A DNA stretch of 63,406 nt from Burkholderiales bacterium (lineage in GTDB: Bacteria > Pseudomonadota > Gammaproteobacteria > Burkholderiales > Burkholderiaceae_C). Of this stretch, positions 48,249 through 59,562 are shown piece by piece. The stretch's first letter is position 1. Each line of letters starts with the position of its first letter. Under the pieces are notes generated by a model. The model had not been told where the DNA came from. It did no database searches and saw nothing but the letters and a program-made list of their open reading frames with translations. A program made the position numbers and the translations under genes. The stretch covers positions 1 to 63,406 of the forward strand of contig JBBRVD010000001.1 in assembly GCA_038247175.1 (NCBI GenBank). Reading direction: 5' to 3'.

Positions 48249-51200
48249 TCAGGCGACGGCGGTGACGCTCTGGGGCAGGGGTTGGCCCAGGCTGCGCAGC
48301 AGGTCGCGCACCATCTGGGCCCGTTCATGGGGTTCGGCCAGCGACCGTTCGATGCGCAGCTTCTCGTTCCCGACCAGTTTGATATGCCGGTGCTTGCGAA
48401 TCAGCTCGATGATGCGCAGCGGGTCGATGGGTGGCTCCTTGCAGAAGGTGACCGTTGTGAGCGCCGGCGTGGCGTCGACCTTCACAACGCCATAGGCGCG
48501 CGCAATCACGCGCAGCCGATGCACGTCGATCAGTGTCTGCGCCTGCGCCGGCAACTTGCCGAAGCGGTCGACCAGTTCCTCCAGCAGCGTGTCGATCTGC
48601 TCGCTGGTGCGGGCGCTCGCGAGCTTCTTGTAGAAACTCAGGCGCAGGTGTACATCGCCGCAATAGTCGCTGGGCAGCAGCGCGGGCGCGTGCAGGTTGA
48701 TGTCGGTGGTCACGCCCAGCGGCGCCAGCAGGTCCGGCTCGATGCCCTGCTTGAGCGAGCGTACGGCTTCAGACAACATCTCGTTGTACAGCTGAAAGCC
48801 GATCTCCATGATGTTGCCGCTCTGGTTCTCGCCCAGCACCTCGCCGGCGCCACGGATCTCGAGGTCATGCATGGCGAGATAGAAGCCCGAGCCCAGTTCC
48901 TCCATCTGCTGGATCGCCTCCAGCCGCTGGCTGGCCTGTTTGGTCAGGCCCTGCAGGTCGGGCACCATCAGGTAGGCATAAGCCTGGTGGTGGCTGCGGC
49001 CGACCCGGCCGCGCAACTGGTGCAGCTGCGCCAGGCCGAACTTGTCGGCGCGGCTCATGACGATGGTATTGGCGCTGGGCACGTCGATGCCGGTCTCGAT
49101 GATGGTCGAGCACAGCAGCAGGTTGCTGCGCTGGGCGATGAAGTCGCGCATCACCGCCTCGAGCTGGCGCTCGGGCATCTGGCCATGGGCCACGGCGATG
49201 CGCGCCTGCGGCAGCAGTTCCTCGAGCTTGGCCCGGCGGTTCTCGATCGTCTCGACCTCGTTGTGCAGGAAGTAGACCTGTCCGCCGCGCTTGAGCTCGC
49301 GCAGCACCGCTTCGCGGATCACCCCGTTATCCTCGGTACGCACGAAGGTCTTGATCGCCAGCCGGCGCTGCGGCGCGGTTGCAATGACGCTGAGGTCGCG
49401 CAGGCCTTCAAGCGCCATGCCCAGCGTGCGCGGGATCGGCGTGGCGGTCAGCGTCAACACGTCGACCTCGGCGCGCAACGCCTTCATCGCCTCCTTGTGG
49501 CGTACCCCGAAGCGGTGCTCCTCGTCGATGATCAGCAAGCCCAGATTCTTGAACCGGGTGTCCTGGCCCAGCAACTTGTGCGTGCCCACGACGATGTCGA
49601 TCGTGCCGTCGGCCAGGCCCTTCATGGCGGCCGTGATTTCCTTGCCCGAGCGGAAGCGGCTCATCTCGGCGATCTTGACCGGCCACTTGCCGAAGCGGTC
49701 GGTCAAAGTCTGGAAATGCTGCTCCGCCAGCAAGGTGGTGGGCGCCAGCAGTGCGACCTGCTTGCCGCCCGTCACCGCGACAAACGCGGCGCGCAGTGCG
49801 ACCTCGGTCTTGCCGAACCCCACGTCGCCACAGATCAGGCGGTCCATCGGGCGCGGGCTGATCATGTCCTGTATCACGGCGTGGATCGCCGCCTGCTGGT
49901 CGGCGGTCTCCTCGAAACCGAAATCGTTGGCGAAAGCTTCATAGTCGTTGGGCGAGTAGCGGAACGCATGCCCCTCGCGCAACGCCCGGCGTGCATAGAT
50001 GTTGAGCAACTCGGCAGCCGAGTCGCGCACCTGCTGCGCCGCCTTGCGCCTGGCTTTTTCCCACTGGCCCGAGCCGAGCTTGTGCAGTGGCGCTTCGTCG
50101 GCGCTGACGCCGGTGTAACGGCTGATCAGCTGCAACTGGCTGACCGGCACGTAGAGTACGGCGGCACCGGCATATTCCAGCTGCAGGAATTCCTGGGTCG
50201 CGTTCTCGCCATTCGCGTCCTGTGGCCCCAGCGCCAGGTTGACGAGGCCCCGATAACGACCGACGCCATGGGCGCTGTGCACCACCGGGTCGCCGACCTT
50301 GAGTTCACTCAGGTCCTTGATCAGCGCCTCGACGTCGCTGACCTGTTCCTGCTTCCTGCGCCGGCGCGCGACCGGGCCGGTCGCGAACAGCTCGGTTTCG
50401 GTCACGAAGTCGATCCCGGATTCCAGCCACGAGAAGCCGTTCATCAGGCTCGACGTGGCCAGGCCCAGCTTCTCGTCGCTGTCCAGGAATGCCTGCAGGG
50501 TGTCGAAACGCAGGGGTTCAACCGCGCTCGCGCGCAGGAAGTCGAGCAGGCTTTCGCGCCGGCCCGCACTCTCGGCCAGCAGCAACACGCGCTGCGCGGT
50601 TTCCCCGATATATTGCTTGAGCCGCGATAGCGGCTCCTCGGCGCCCCGTACCACCGTCAGCGGCGGCAACGACCGCCATTCGTTCTGCGCATCCTCGGCC
50701 GTGCCGCCTTGCGCCTCGGGCGCACGCATGGCCAGTTGCGCATACGACTTGGCGCGTGCGTAAAACTGTTCGGCGTCCAGGAACAACGCCTGCGGTGACA
50801 GCACCGGTCGCTCGGGGTCCCCCTGGAGCAGCCGATAACGGTCGCGGGTGTCCTGCCAGAAGCGGGCGAATGCGGGCTCGATGTCGCCGTGCAGCACCAG
50901 CGTTGCTTCGGTGCCGAGATAGTCGAACACGGTGGCGGTCTGGTCAAAGAACAGCGGCAGGTAATACTCGATGCCGGCGGTGGCCACACCGGCGCCCATA
51001 TCCTTGTAGATGCGGCTCTTGGTCGGGTCGCCCTCGAGCAACTCGCGCCAGCGGCTGCGAAATCGGGTGCGTGCGGGGTCGTCCATCGGAAATTCGCGCC
51101 CGGGCAGCAATCGCACCTCGGGCACCGGATACAGGCTGCGCTGGGTGTCCGGATCGAAGCTGCGGATGCTGTCGATCTCGTCATCGAACAGGTCCACACG

Positions 51201-51749
51201 GTAGGGCATCGGCGAGCCCATCGGGAACAGGTCGATCAGACTGCCACGCACCGCATACTCGCCCGGGCTGACCACCTGGCTCACGTGGTTGTAGCCGGCC
51301 AACGTCAGCTGTGCCCGCAGGCGGGCCTCGTCGAGTTTCTGTCCGGTCTTGAAATGAAAGGTGTAGGCGGCCATGAAGGCGGGTGGCGCCAGCCGGTACA
51401 GGGCGGTGGTGGCCGGCACCAGTACCAGGTCAGCGCCCTGTTCCTGCCCGTGCCGGGAGATCTGCCACAGCGTCGCGAGCCGTTCGCTGATCAGGTCCTG
51501 GTGCGGAGAAAAGGTGTCGTACGGCAGGGTTTCCCAGTCCGGGAATACCGCGGCGCGCACCTCGGGCGCGAAGAAACCGATCTCCTCGATCAGCCGTTGC
51601 GCATCCGCGGCCTGGGCCGTGACGATGACCGTCAGGCGTCGCTGGGCCTTGTCCGCGACCGCCTGTCGCGCCAGCAGCAGCGCGTCGGCGGAACCGGGCG
51701 GACGTGCTACGGTGAAACGGTGGCCGGGTTTGAGTCTGGGCAGGTACAT
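48249..51749 (-). CDS. mfd: transcription-repair coupling factor
   Basis: FPDWETLPYD, GDPVVH, GDVGFGKT, DEEHRFG, QLRGRVGR, DLEIRGAG. Confidence 0.97.
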   Translation of the reverse strand: MYLPRLKPGHRFTVARPPGSADALLLARQAVADKAQRRLTVIVTAQAADAQRLIEEIGFFAPEVRAAVFPDWETLPYDTFSPHQDLISERLATLWQISRHGQEQGADLVLVPATTALYRLAPPAFMAAYTFHFKTGQKLDEARLRAQLTLAGYNHVSQVVSPGEYAVRGSLIDLFPMGSPMPYRVDLFDDEIDSIRSFDPDTQRSLYPVPEVRLLPGREFPMDDPARTRFRSRWRELLEGDPTKSRIYKDMGAGVATAGIEYYLPLFFDQTATVFDYLGTEATLVLHGDIEPAFARFWQDTRDRYRLLQGDPERPVLSPQALFLDAEQFYARAKSYAQLAMRAPEAQGGTAEDAQNEWRSLPPLTVVRGAEEPLSRLKQYIGETAQRVLLLAESAGRRESLLDFLRASAVEPLRFDTLQAFLDSDEKLGLATSSLMNGFSWLESGIDFVTETELFATGPVARRRRKQEQVSDVEALIKDLSELKVGDPVVHSAHGVGRYRGLVNLALGPQDANGENATQEFLQLEYAGAAVLYVPVSQLQLISRYTGVSADEAPLHKLGSGQWEKARRKAAQQVRDSAAELLNIYARRALREGHAFRYSPNDYEAFANDFGFEETADQQAAIHAVIQDMISPRPMDRLICGDVGFGKTEVALRAAFVAVTGGKQVALLAPTTLLAEQHFQTLTDRFGKWPVKIAEMSRFRSGKEITAAMKGLADGTIDIVVGTHKLLGQDTRFKNLGLLIIDEEHRFGVRHKEAMKALRAEVDVLTLTATPIPRTLGMALEGLRDLSVIATAPQRRLAIKTFVRTEDNGVIREAVLRELKRGGQVYFLHNEVETIENRRAKLEELLPQARIAVAHGQMPERQLEAVMRDFIAQRSNLLLCSTIIETGIDVPSANTIVMSRADKFGLAQLHQLRGRVGRSHHQAYAYLMVPDLQGLTKQASQRLEAIQQMEELGSGFYLAMHDLEIRGAGEVLGENQSGNIMEIGFQLYNEMLSEAVRSLKQGIEPDLLAPLGVTTDINLHAPALLPSDYCGDVHLRLSFYKKLASARTSEQIDTLLEELVDRFGKLPAQAQTLIDVHRLRVIARAYGVVKVDATPALTTVTFCKEPPIDPLRIIELIRKHRHIKLVGNEKLRIERSLAEPHERAQMVRDLLRSLGQPLPQSVTAVA

Positions 51750-51851
51750 GCAGTGGGGGTGGAGCGTCAAAATTGGGCTGGCAAACATGCCGAACCCCCT
51801 CGATCGCGATCCGGGAGGGGGAGAGGGGATTTTAGAATGCGGGTTCGACCC

Positions 51852-52640
51852 ATGGCACACGCATCCATCAAGACCCCCACGACCCGTGACCCCCGGTTGC
51901 CTGTATCCGGTCCGGCTTCACCGGCAATCTGGGCGCTGGTGCCGTGCGCGGGCACGGGTTCGCGTGCCGGCGCCAGCCAACCCAAGCAGTACCAGCCGCT
52001 GGCCGGCCGGGCGCTGGTGCTCCATACACTGGCCGCATTCGCGCAAGTGTCGCGCGTGCGCCAGACGCTGGTGCTGCTGGCACCCGACGACCGGCGTTTC
52101 GCGGCACTGGCTGCCGCCGGTGGTGCCGGATGCTCCAGCGAGCCCTGCGGCGCGGCGACCCGCGCCGGCACCGTGGCCAATGGCCTGGCCGCGCTGCGCG
52201 CGCGCGGAGCCTTGGAAGACGACTGGGTTCTGGTGCACGACGCGGCGCGTTGCCTGATCACCCCGGTACTGATCGATCGTTTGATCGACACCTGCCAGGA
52301 CGACGCTGTGGGCGGCCTGCTGGCCCTGCCAGTGGCCGACACGATCAAAGTGGCGCAGGGCGATCGGGTGGCCTTGACGGTCGACCGCAGCCAGTATTGG
52401 CTCGCCCAGACACCCCAGATGTTCCGTATCGGCGGCCTGCAGCGCGCGCTGGCACACGCTGGCGATGCGGTCACCGACGAAGCCTCGGCCATCGAGTCGC
52501 TGGGCCTGGCGCCGCGACTGGTGGTGGGCGATCCGACCAATTTCAAGGTGACCGTGGCGCAGGACTTTATCGTCGCGCAGGCCATTCTGCTGGCGCGCGG
52601 CGCGCAGCGCGACCCGGAGAAGATGCATGCAGAACCCTGA
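51852..52640 (+). CDS. ispD: 2-C-methyl-D-erythritol 4-phosphate cytidylyltransferase
   Basis: [33 protein letters not shown]. Confidence 0.94.
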   Translation: MAHASIKTPTTRDPRLPVSGPASPAIWALVPCAGTGSRAGASQPKQYQPLAGRALVLHTLAAFAQVSRVRQTLVLLAPDDRRFAALAAAGGAGCSSEPCGAATRAGTVANGLAALRARGALEDDWVLVHDAARCLITPVLIDRLIDTCQDDAVGGLLALPVADTIKVAQGDRVALTVDRSQYWLAQTPQMFRIGGLQRALAHAGDAVTDEASAIESLGLAPRLVVGDPTNFKVTVAQDFIVAQAILLARGAQRDPEKMHAEP

Positions 52641-52659
52641 CCCCGCGCCGGGGCCGACG

Positions 52660-53139
52660 ATGGTGTTTCGCGTGGGCGAGGGCTGGGACGTGCATCGCCT
52701 GGTCCCCGGCCGGCCGCTGGTCATCGGCGGCGTGTCGATACCGTTCGAGCGCGGTCTGTTGGGCCATTCCGATGCCGACGTGCTGCTCCATGCCATCACC
52801 GACGCCGTGCTCGGCGCCGCCGCACTGGGCGATATCGGTCAACATTTCCCCGACACCGACGCGCGATTCAAGGGGGCGGACTCGGCGGTGCTGCTGGCCG
52901 AGGCCACGGCGCGCGTGCGCGTGTTCGGCTGGCGTGTCGGTAATGTCGATAGCACCGTGATCGCCCAGGCGCCCAAGCTCATGCCCTGGATACCTGCCAT
53001 GCGGGTGGCCATTGCCGCGGCCATGGACTTGCAGCTGGACCAGGTCAATGTGAAGGCCAAGACGGCCGAGAAGCTCGGGGCCGTCGGGCAGGGCGAGGCC
53101 ATGGAGGCGCGAGCCGTGGTGTTGTTGCTGCGTGGCTGA
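52660..53139 (+). CDS. ispF: 2-C-methyl-D-erythritol 2,4-cyclodiphosphate synthase
   Basis: [36 protein letters not shown]; alternative start 52627. Confidence 0.95.
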   Translation: MVFRVGEGWDVHRLVPGRPLVIGGVSIPFERGLLGHSDADVLLHAITDAVLGAAALGDIGQHFPDTDARFKGADSAVLLAEATARVRVFGWRVGNVDSTVIAQAPKLMPWIPAMRVAIAAAMDLQLDQVNVKAKTAEKLGAVGQGEAMEARAVVLLLRG

Positions 53140-53148
53140 GGCCGCAGA

Positions 53149-54540
53149 TCAGCTTGCCCGGTTGAGTTCGATGCGGGCCGACAGACCGCCGGAGGCGCGA
53201 TTGCGCAACACCAGGGCGCCGCCCATGCGCTGGATGTTCTTCTCGACGATCGCCAGGCCCAGTCCCGCTCCCGTGGCGGCCGTGCGCGCGGTGTCGCCCC
53301 GGAAGAATGCCTTGGTCAGCTGTTGCAGGTTTTCCGGCGACACGCCGGGCCCATGGTCGCGCACTTCGATTGCCACCCGCGAACCCTTGGCCAGGGCCAC
53401 GATCTCGACCTCGGCGATACCGCTCGCGGCCGATCTGCCATAGCGGCTGGCGTTCTCGAGCAGGTTGGACAGCGCCCGGATCAGATCGACCTCGTCCGCC
53501 AGCACGCGCAGATCGGGCGGCACCTCGATCTGCAGCCGGATGTCGCTGGCATCCTTGAGCGCATAGACGCAGCGGTTGACCAGTTCGTACAACACGACAG
53601 GCTCGACCGCGACCTGGTCCGGCCGGGCGTAGTCGAGGAACTTGTTGATGATGGCGTTGGCCTGATCGATGTCGGCAGCCATCTGGTCGCGTGCATTGTC
53701 GTCGGCCACGCTCAGCTCGGTCTCCAGCCGCAGCCGTGCCAGCGGCGTGCGCAGGTCGTGCGAGATGCCGGCCAGCATGATGAGCCGGTCCTGCTCGATC
53801 TGGGCGAGTTTGCGCGACATCCGGTTGAACTCGATGTTGACCTCGCGGATTTCGCGGGTCGCGACAGTTTCGTCCAGGAAGCCGGCTGCGAAGTCACCTT
53901 CGCGGACCCGGCTGGCTGCCACCGACATGTCTCGCAGTGGACGGTTGATCAGGCCGGCGATCAGTGCAGCACCGGCCAGCGACAAGGCAGCAGCGATGAC
54001 CAGCCAGATGATCCAGGTCTGGCCGACCGGCGGATTGAGCCGGGCCCGGTCGGTCAGCATCCAGTAGCGGTCGTCGTCGATGGTGAAGCCGATCCACAGG
54101 CCCGGCTCGTCGTTGACGCTGCTCGCGACCACCGTGCCCGCTCCCAGCCGCGATTCCAGTTCCTGCGTCATGCGCTGGCCCAGCGCATCGTCGGGAAACG
54201 GAACGAAACGGTCATCCGGCTCGCGCGGCAGGATGCGCACCGCCTCCTGCTCGGTCATGGTCTTGATCAGCGAGACCCGTGCGATCGAGTCCGAATGGAT
54301 CAGCGCGGCCCGGCTGAGGTTGACGATGGAGGCAATCTGCTGCGCGGTCTGCGCCGCGCGCGGTTCGAGTTCAAACACCCGCAAGGTCTGCAGCCAGGCC
54401 AGGATGCTGACCAGCAACAGCGCCGCCAGCAGAAAGAATGTGCGACCGAACAGGCCGATCCCGCGCCGTATCACCGGTGCCGGCAACGATGCCGCATCCG
54501 TCAGAACAGCCGGCTCGGTGGAGACGCTGGCGCGGCGCAC
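53149..54540 (-). CDS. envZ: EnvZ/RisS-type sensor histidine kinase
   Basis: Two TMs, HAMP, SHDLRTPL, NLLENA, DHGPG, GLGLAIV. Confidence 0.88.
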   Translation of the reverse strand: MRRASVSTEPAVLTDAASLPAPVIRRGIGLFGRTFFLLAALLLVSILAWLQTLRVFELEPRAAQTAQQIASIVNLSRAALIHSDSIARVSLIKTMTEQEAVRILPREPDDRFVPFPDDALGQRMTQELESRLGAGTVVASSVNDEPGLWIGFTIDDDRYWMLTDRARLNPPVGQTWIIWLVIAAALSLAGAALIAGLINRPLRDMSVAASRVREGDFAAGFLDETVATREIREVNIEFNRMSRKLAQIEQDRLIMLAGISHDLRTPLARLRLETELSVADDNARDQMAADIDQANAIINKFLDYARPDQVAVEPVVLYELVNRCVYALKDASDIRLQIEVPPDLRVLADEVDLIRALSNLLENASRYGRSAASGIAEVEIVALAKGSRVAIEVRDHGPGVSPENLQQLTKAFFRGDTARTAATGAGLGLAIVEKNIQRMGGALVLRNRASGGLSARIELNRAS

Positions 54541-54569
54541 GTGATTCGGGCAGGCGCGCTCTCAGGCGA

Positions 54570-55301
54570 TCAAGCCGCACCGTCCGGCACGAAGACATAA
54601 CCCACGCCCCAGACCGTCTGGATGAAGCGTGGACTGGCCGGGTCAGCCTCGATCATCTTGCGCAGGCGAGAGATCTGAACATCCAGGCTGCGATCGAACG
54701 GCTCGAACTCTCGGCCGCGCGCGAGTTGTGCCAGCTTTTCGCGCGACATCGGCTGCCGGGGATGGCGCACCAGCGCCTTGAGCATCGCGAACTCGCCGGT
54801 GGTCAGCGGCAATTCCTGGCCTGACTTGTGCAGGCTGCGTGCACCCAGGTCGAAGCTGAACGGGCCGAACTGCACCACCTCGTTTTCGCTGGAAGGCGCC
54901 CCGGGCGCTTCAACCACCGGACGTCGCCGCAACACCGCGTTGATCCGGGCCAGCAATTCCCGCGGATTGAAGGGCTTGCCCAGATAGTCGTCCGCGCCGA
55001 CCTCCAGGCCGACGATGCGGTCCACGTCCTCGACCTTGGCGGTGAGCATGATGATGGGTGTGCGGTCGTTGGCCGCGCGCAGCCGTCGGCAAATCGACAA
55101 CCCGTCTTCGCCGGGCAACATCAGGTCCAGCACGATCAGGTCCACGGTCTCGCGCAGCACGATACGGTTCAGCGCCTTGCCGTCTTCGGCCTGGAATACC
55201 TCGAAGCCCTCTTGGCTGAGATAGCGGCGCAGCAGGTCGCGAATGCGGCTGTCGTCGTCCACCACCAGGATCTTGTCGCTACGGCTGTTGGTTTGCACCA
55301 T
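54570..55301 (-). CDS. ompR: two-component response regulator OmpR/RisA
   Basis: ILVVDDD, DLMLPGEDG, KPFNPRELLAR, DRSLDVQISRLR, TVWGVGYVF. Confidence 0.93.
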   Translation of the reverse strand: MVQTNSRSDKILVVDDDSRIRDLLRRYLSQEGFEVFQAEDGKALNRIVLRETVDLIVLDLMLPGEDGLSICRRLRAANDRTPIIMLTAKVEDVDRIVGLEVGADDYLGKPFNPRELLARINAVLRRRPVVEAPGAPSSENEVVQFGPFSFDLGARSLHKSGQELPLTTGEFAMLKALVRHPRQPMSREKLAQLARGREFEPFDRSLDVQISRLRKMIEADPASPRFIQTVWGVGYVFVPDGAA

Positions 55302-55316
55302 CGCCCCTCCTTGAAT

Positions 55317-55393
55317 TTGTAACAGTGGCCATTTTGAAGCCATCGACTGCTGCTGACGCGACGATTCCGCGGATGTCTGACACACTGTTACAA
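55317..55393. promoter_or_regulatory. 11-bp perfect inverted repeat (TTGTAACAGTG / CACTGTTACAA), candidate OmpR sites
   Basis: Arms at 55317-55327 and 55383-55393 in the divergent intergenic region. Confidence 0.55.
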
Positions 55394-55468
55394 CTCTGGC
55401 TGCATTGCCACATTTGCGATAAGGCGTGGCGCGGGTGCAACCCTTGCAACACCGGTTATTCTTGTGCC

Positions 55469-55756
55469 ATGGAGAAATGGTTGTTGTTGGCACTGGCCGT
55501 TGGTTCTGCGAGTGCTTCCTTGGCGCAGGGGGTGCAGCCGGTGCAGGCCAGCCAGGATCCTGGAGCGCAGACGATACGCGCACAAAAGCGCATCGAACTG
55601 CGGACCGCCTTGTCGGAGAAGCGCAATTCCAATCGGACCTCTGTGGCTGCGGAGCCTCTGCCGGCGGCCCGCCAGCTCAGCCCGAGCGAACGCGCAGAGA
55701 TGCGGGAGCAGCTGCGTCGTTACCAGCCCGAGCCGCTGCAGTGGCAGCCGCCCTGA
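55469..55756 (+). CDS. small exported helical protein
   Basis: Signal peptide MEKWLLLALAVGSASASLA; C-terminal LSPSERAEMREQLR. Confidence 0.7.
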   Translation: MEKWLLLALAVGSASASLAQGVQPVQASQDPGAQTIRAQKRIELRTALSEKRNSNRTSVAAEPLPAARQLSPSERAEMREQLRRYQPEPLQWQPP

Positions 55757-55847
55757 TACGGCGCGCGATGCCCCACCGAAATGGCGGCCGTGGTCATGGA
55801 ACCGGCGGGCCGGTGACCAGCGACCCGGGCTGCGTTCCAGCGAAAAC

Positions 55848-56579
55848 ATGTCAGGGAGTCCTAAAGTGAAATCGAGCGTACGAATCCTGGTGGTCGGTTG
55901 CCTGGGCCTGGCGGCTTGCTGGGCGCAGGCCCAACCCATGGCCATGCAGCCGGTGCCCCAGAACCTGGTGCAGCTGACGGCCAGCGCCACGGTTGAGGTG
56001 CCCCAGGACTGGTTGACCCTGACCCTGGGCACGACACGGGAAGGCTCGGATGCGGAGGCGGTGCAGCAACAGCTCAAGCAGGCGCTGGATGCGGCGCTGG
56101 TCCAGGCGCGCGCGCGTGCCCAACCGGGCCGGCTCGATGTGCGCACCGGCAACTTCCAGCTCTCGCCCCGGTACAACCGCGAAGGTCGCATCACCGGCTG
56201 GCAAGGCAGCACGGCGCTGGTGCTCGAGGGGCGCGATTTCGGACGTATCGCGGCCTTGGCCGGCGCCATCCAGACGCTGACGATCGGCGGTGTCCAGTTC
56301 AGCCTGAGCCGGGAGGAACACAACCGGGTCGAGGCGGACGTTCAATCGGCGGCGATCGAGCGGTTCAAGGCCAAGGCGGGCGAGATCGCCAAAGGTTTCG
56401 GCTTTTCGGGTTACGGCTTGCGGGAGGTTTCCGTCAATGCGCAAGACCAGGAGTTTGCGCCGCAGCCGCGCGTGCTGGCGATGCAGTCCAAGGCCGTGTC
56501 GGCGGATGCGCCAGTGCCCCTGGAGGCGGGCAAGAGCACGGTCATGGTGATCGTTTCCGGCTCCGTGCAGCTCAAGTAG
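55848..56579 (+). CDS. SIMPL (DUF541) domain periplasmic protein
   Basis: Signal peptide; LTASATVEVPQD, FQLSPRY, AIERFKAKA, PLEAGKSTV..VSGSVQL; alternative GTG start 55866. Confidence 0.88.
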   Translation: MSGSPKVKSSVRILVVGCLGLAACWAQAQPMAMQPVPQNLVQLTASATVEVPQDWLTLTLGTTREGSDAEAVQQQLKQALDAALVQARARAQPGRLDVRTGNFQLSPRYNREGRITGWQGSTALVLEGRDFGRIAALAGAIQTLTIGGVQFSLSREEHNRVEADVQSAAIERFKAKAGEIAKGFGFSGYGLREVSVNAQDQEFAPQPRVLAMQSKAVSADAPVPLEAGKSTVMVIVSGSVQLK

Positions 56580-56594
56580 GCGGACGGCGCGCGA

Positions 56595-57731
56595 GTGGAT
56601 ACCGTCGATGCAGTCGTCGTGGGGGCGGGTGTGGTCGGGCTTGCCGTGGCTCGGGAGTTGGCACTGCAAGGGCGCGATGTGCTGGTACTCGAGCAGGCCC
56701 GTGCGATCGGCACCGGCACCAGCTCGCGCAACAGCGAGGTGATCCACGCCGGCATCTATTACCCGCAGGGGTCGCTCAAGGCGCGCCTGTGTGTCGCGGG
56801 CAAGGAATTGCTGTATGCCTACTGCGCGCAACGCGCGATCGGCCATCGGCGCTGCGGCAAGCTGATCGTGGCCACCAGCGTCGAGCAGCTGGCGCAGCTG
56901 GAGGCGATCCGCGCCATGGCTGGGCGCAACGGCGTTACCGACCTGAAAATGCTCGATCGCGATGCCGCACGTGCATTGGAGCCGGCACTGGAGTGTGTGG
57001 GTGCGCTGCTGTCGCCGAGCACCGGCATCGTCGACAGCCACGGCTTGATGCTGGCGCTGCAGGGCGACATGGAAAACGCCGGCGGCGCGCTGGCGGTCGG
57101 TTCTGCTTTGGCGTCGGCGCGTTTTACTGCCCGGGGTATCGAGTTGCGGGCATCGGACGGAACAGAGCTGCTGGCCGCGGTGGTCGTGAACGCCGCCGGG
57201 CTGGATGCGCCGTTGCTGGCGCTGCGCTTCGACGGCCTGGCGCCCGAGCATGTTCCCACGCCGCATTACGCCAAGGGCAATTACTTCACGTTGGCCGGAC
57301 GCTCGCCGTTCGATCGCCTGATCTACCCGGTGCCGGAGGGTGCGGGCCTGGGGGTACACCTCACGATCGACCTGGGCGGCCAGGCCAAGTTCGGCCCCGA
57401 TGTGCAGTGGGTGTCGTCGCCGCAGGACCTGGTCGTGGACCCGTCACGCGGCGACGCCTTTTATGCCGAGGTCCGCAAATACTGGCCGGCGCTGCCCGAC
57501 GGAGCCTTGTTGCCGGGTTACGCCGGTATACGGCCCAAGCTGCGGCCGGCGCAGGACGGCCCTGCCGATTTCGTCATCCAGGGTCCGCGGCAGCATGGTA
57601 TTGCCGGCTTGGTGAACCTGTTCGGCATCGAGTCGCCCGGATTGACCAGCGCGCTGGCCATTGCGCAGGAGGTGGCTGCGCAACTGGCGCCCCAGGAGGT
57701 CTGTCTGCGCCTCAATGCCGACGGCTCCTAA
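56595..57731 (+). CDS. FAD-dependent oxidoreductase, L-2-hydroxyglutarate oxidase family
   Basis: [41 protein letters not shown]. Confidence 0.85.
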   Translation: MDTVDAVVVGAGVVGLAVARELALQGRDVLVLEQARAIGTGTSSRNSEVIHAGIYYPQGSLKARLCVAGKELLYAYCAQRAIGHRRCGKLIVATSVEQLAQLEAIRAMAGRNGVTDLKMLDRDAARALEPALECVGALLSPSTGIVDSHGLMLALQGDMENAGGALAVGSALASARFTARGIELRASDGTELLAAVVVNAAGLDAPLLALRFDGLAPEHVPTPHYAKGNYFTLAGRSPFDRLIYPVPEGAGLGVHLTIDLGGQAKFGPDVQWVSSPQDLVVDPSRGDAFYAEVRKYWPALPDGALLPGYAGIRPKLRPAQDGPADFVIQGPRQHGIAGLVNLFGIESPGLTSALAIAQEVAAQLAPQEVCLRLNADGS

Positions 57732-58792
57732 GCCCGCTGCTCGGCCGGGCGGCGGGCGCGAGCGCGGATCGCAGCGGCGGCCTGCTGCGCCAGCGCAGGA
57801 CCCTGGTAGATCAGGCCAGTGTAGATCTGGACCAGATCCGCGCCGGCGGCTATCTTGCCCACGGCGTCGTCGGCACTGAGGATGCCACCCACGCCGATGA
57901 TCGGGAATGCGGGGCCCAGGGCCGCACGCAACAGCCGGATCACGCGGTTGCTGGCTTCGTACACCGGCGCGCCGGAAAGGCCACCGGTTTCCTGCGCGTG
58001 GGGCAGGTGGGCGACCGCCGCACGCTCGACCGTGGTGTTGGTGGCGATCACGCCATCCATCGCGTGCTGCTGCAAGGCGCGGGCGATACCCGCCACCTGC
58101 GCTTCGTCCAGATCCGGCGCGACCTTGACGAACAGCGGCACGTCGCGCCCGTGGCTCTGGCGCAACTGCCCGCGCCGCGCCTGCAAGGCTCCCAGCAGCG
58201 CATCGAGTGCGGCGTCGCTTTGCAGTTCACGCAGGTTGCGGGTGTTCGGGCTGGAGATGTTGACGGCGACATAGTCTGCATGCGCAAACACGCCGTCGAG
58301 ACAGGCAAGGTAGTCCTGCGCCGCCGCCGCGATCGGCGTGCTCGCATTCTTCCCGATGTTCAGGCCCAGGATCCGGCCCCGGGCGCGGAACGACGATTGC
58401 CGCACGTTGGACACAAAGGCGTCCAGACCTTCGTTGTTGAAGCCGAGCCGATTGATCAGCGCCTGCGCCTGTGGCAGGCGGAACATGCGCGGCTTGGGGT
58501 TGCCGGGCTGGGCCTTGGGCGTCACGGTGCCGACCTCGACAAAGCCGAATCCCATCGATCCGAGTGCATCAATGCAGCGCGCATTCTTGTCCAAGCCTGC
58601 CGCCAGTCCGACCCGGTTCGGAAATCGCAGGCCCGCCAGCTGCACTGGATCTTCGATCATGTCGGCGCAGTAAGCCCAACCCAGTGGCGTACGTTGGCTG
58701 CGGGCCAGCGCCGCGAGCGTGAGTTCGTGGGCGGTCTCGGGATCCAGGCCGAACAGGAAGGGGCGGGCCAGGGCGTAAGGAATCAGCGGCAT
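57728..58792 (-). CDS. pyrD: quinone-dependent dihydroorotate dehydrogenase
   Basis: [37 protein letters not shown]. Confidence 0.96.
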   Translation of the reverse strand: MPLIPYALARPFLFGLDPETAHELTLAALARSQRTPLGWAYCADMIEDPVQLAGLRFPNRVGLAAGLDKNARCIDALGSMGFGFVEVGTVTPKAQPGNPKPRMFRLPQAQALINRLGFNNEGLDAFVSNVRQSSFRARGRILGLNIGKNASTPIAAAAQDYLACLDGVFAHADYVAVNISSPNTRNLRELQSDAALDALLGALQARRGQLRQSHGRDVPLFVKVAPDLDEAQVAGIARALQQHAMDGVIATNTTVERAAVAHLPHAQETGGLSGAPVYEASNRVIRLLRAALGPAFPIIGVGGILSADDAVGKIAAGADLVQIYTGLIYQGPALAQQAAAAIRARARRPAEQRA

Positions 58793-58857
58793 TGGATAAT
58801 TCGGAGTTGACCCTCCATTGTCCCAAACCGTGGCGGCGTCAGCCGCAGGAAAACCGC

Positions 58858-59541
58858 ATGCCATCACAAGACGAACTCAAGGCCATGGTCGGCCAGGCCG
58901 CATTGCACTATGTCGTGCCGGGCGAAATCGTCGGTGTCGGCACCGGCTCGACCGTCAACAAGTTCATCGACGCGTTGGCTGGCGTCAAGGCGTCCATCCG
59001 GGGTGCGGTCTCGAGTTCCCAGGCCAGCAGTGAGCGACTGCGGGCGGCTGGCATACCGGTGTTCGACTGCAACGAGGTCGAGACCTTGTCGGTCTATGTC
59101 GATGGCGCCGACGAGATTGACGCCCTCGGCTTCATGATCAAGGGTGGCGGCGCAGCGTTGACGCGCGAGAAGATCGTAGCCGCGCAGTCGCGGCGCTTCG
59201 TGTGTATCGCCGACGCGTCGAAACTGGTGCAAACGCTCGGCGCGTTCCCGCTGCCGGTCGAAGTCGTCCCGATGGCCAGCGCCCGCATTGCTCGCCAGTT
59301 TGCGGCGCTGGGTGGAACCGCACGCCTGCGCATGGCGGGTAGCCAGCCTTTTCTGACCGACAACGGCCAGCAGATTCTTGACGTCAGCGGCCTGTCGATC
59401 GCCGATCCGCTGCAGTTCGAGAGCAGCGTCAACCAGTGGCCCGGTGTCGTCACGGTCGGCGTGTTCGCACACCAGAAGGCGCAGGTGTGCCTCCTGGGGA
59501 CTGCCGCGGGCGTGAAGACCCTGGCCTTCGACGCCGCCTGA
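58858..59541 (+). CDS. rpiA: ribose-5-phosphate isomerase A
   Basis: [24 protein letters not shown]. Confidence 0.96.
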   Translation: MPSQDELKAMVGQAALHYVVPGEIVGVGTGSTVNKFIDALAGVKASIRGAVSSSQASSERLRAAGIPVFDCNEVETLSVYVDGADEIDALGFMIKGGGAALTREKIVAAQSRRFVCIADASKLVQTLGAFPLPVEVVPMASARIARQFAALGGTARLRMAGSQPFLTDNGQQILDVSGLSIADPLQFESSVNQWPGVVTVGVFAHQKAQVCLLGTAAGVKTLAFDAA

Positions 59542-59562
59542 CAGCGGCTCTCGGTGCCCGGA

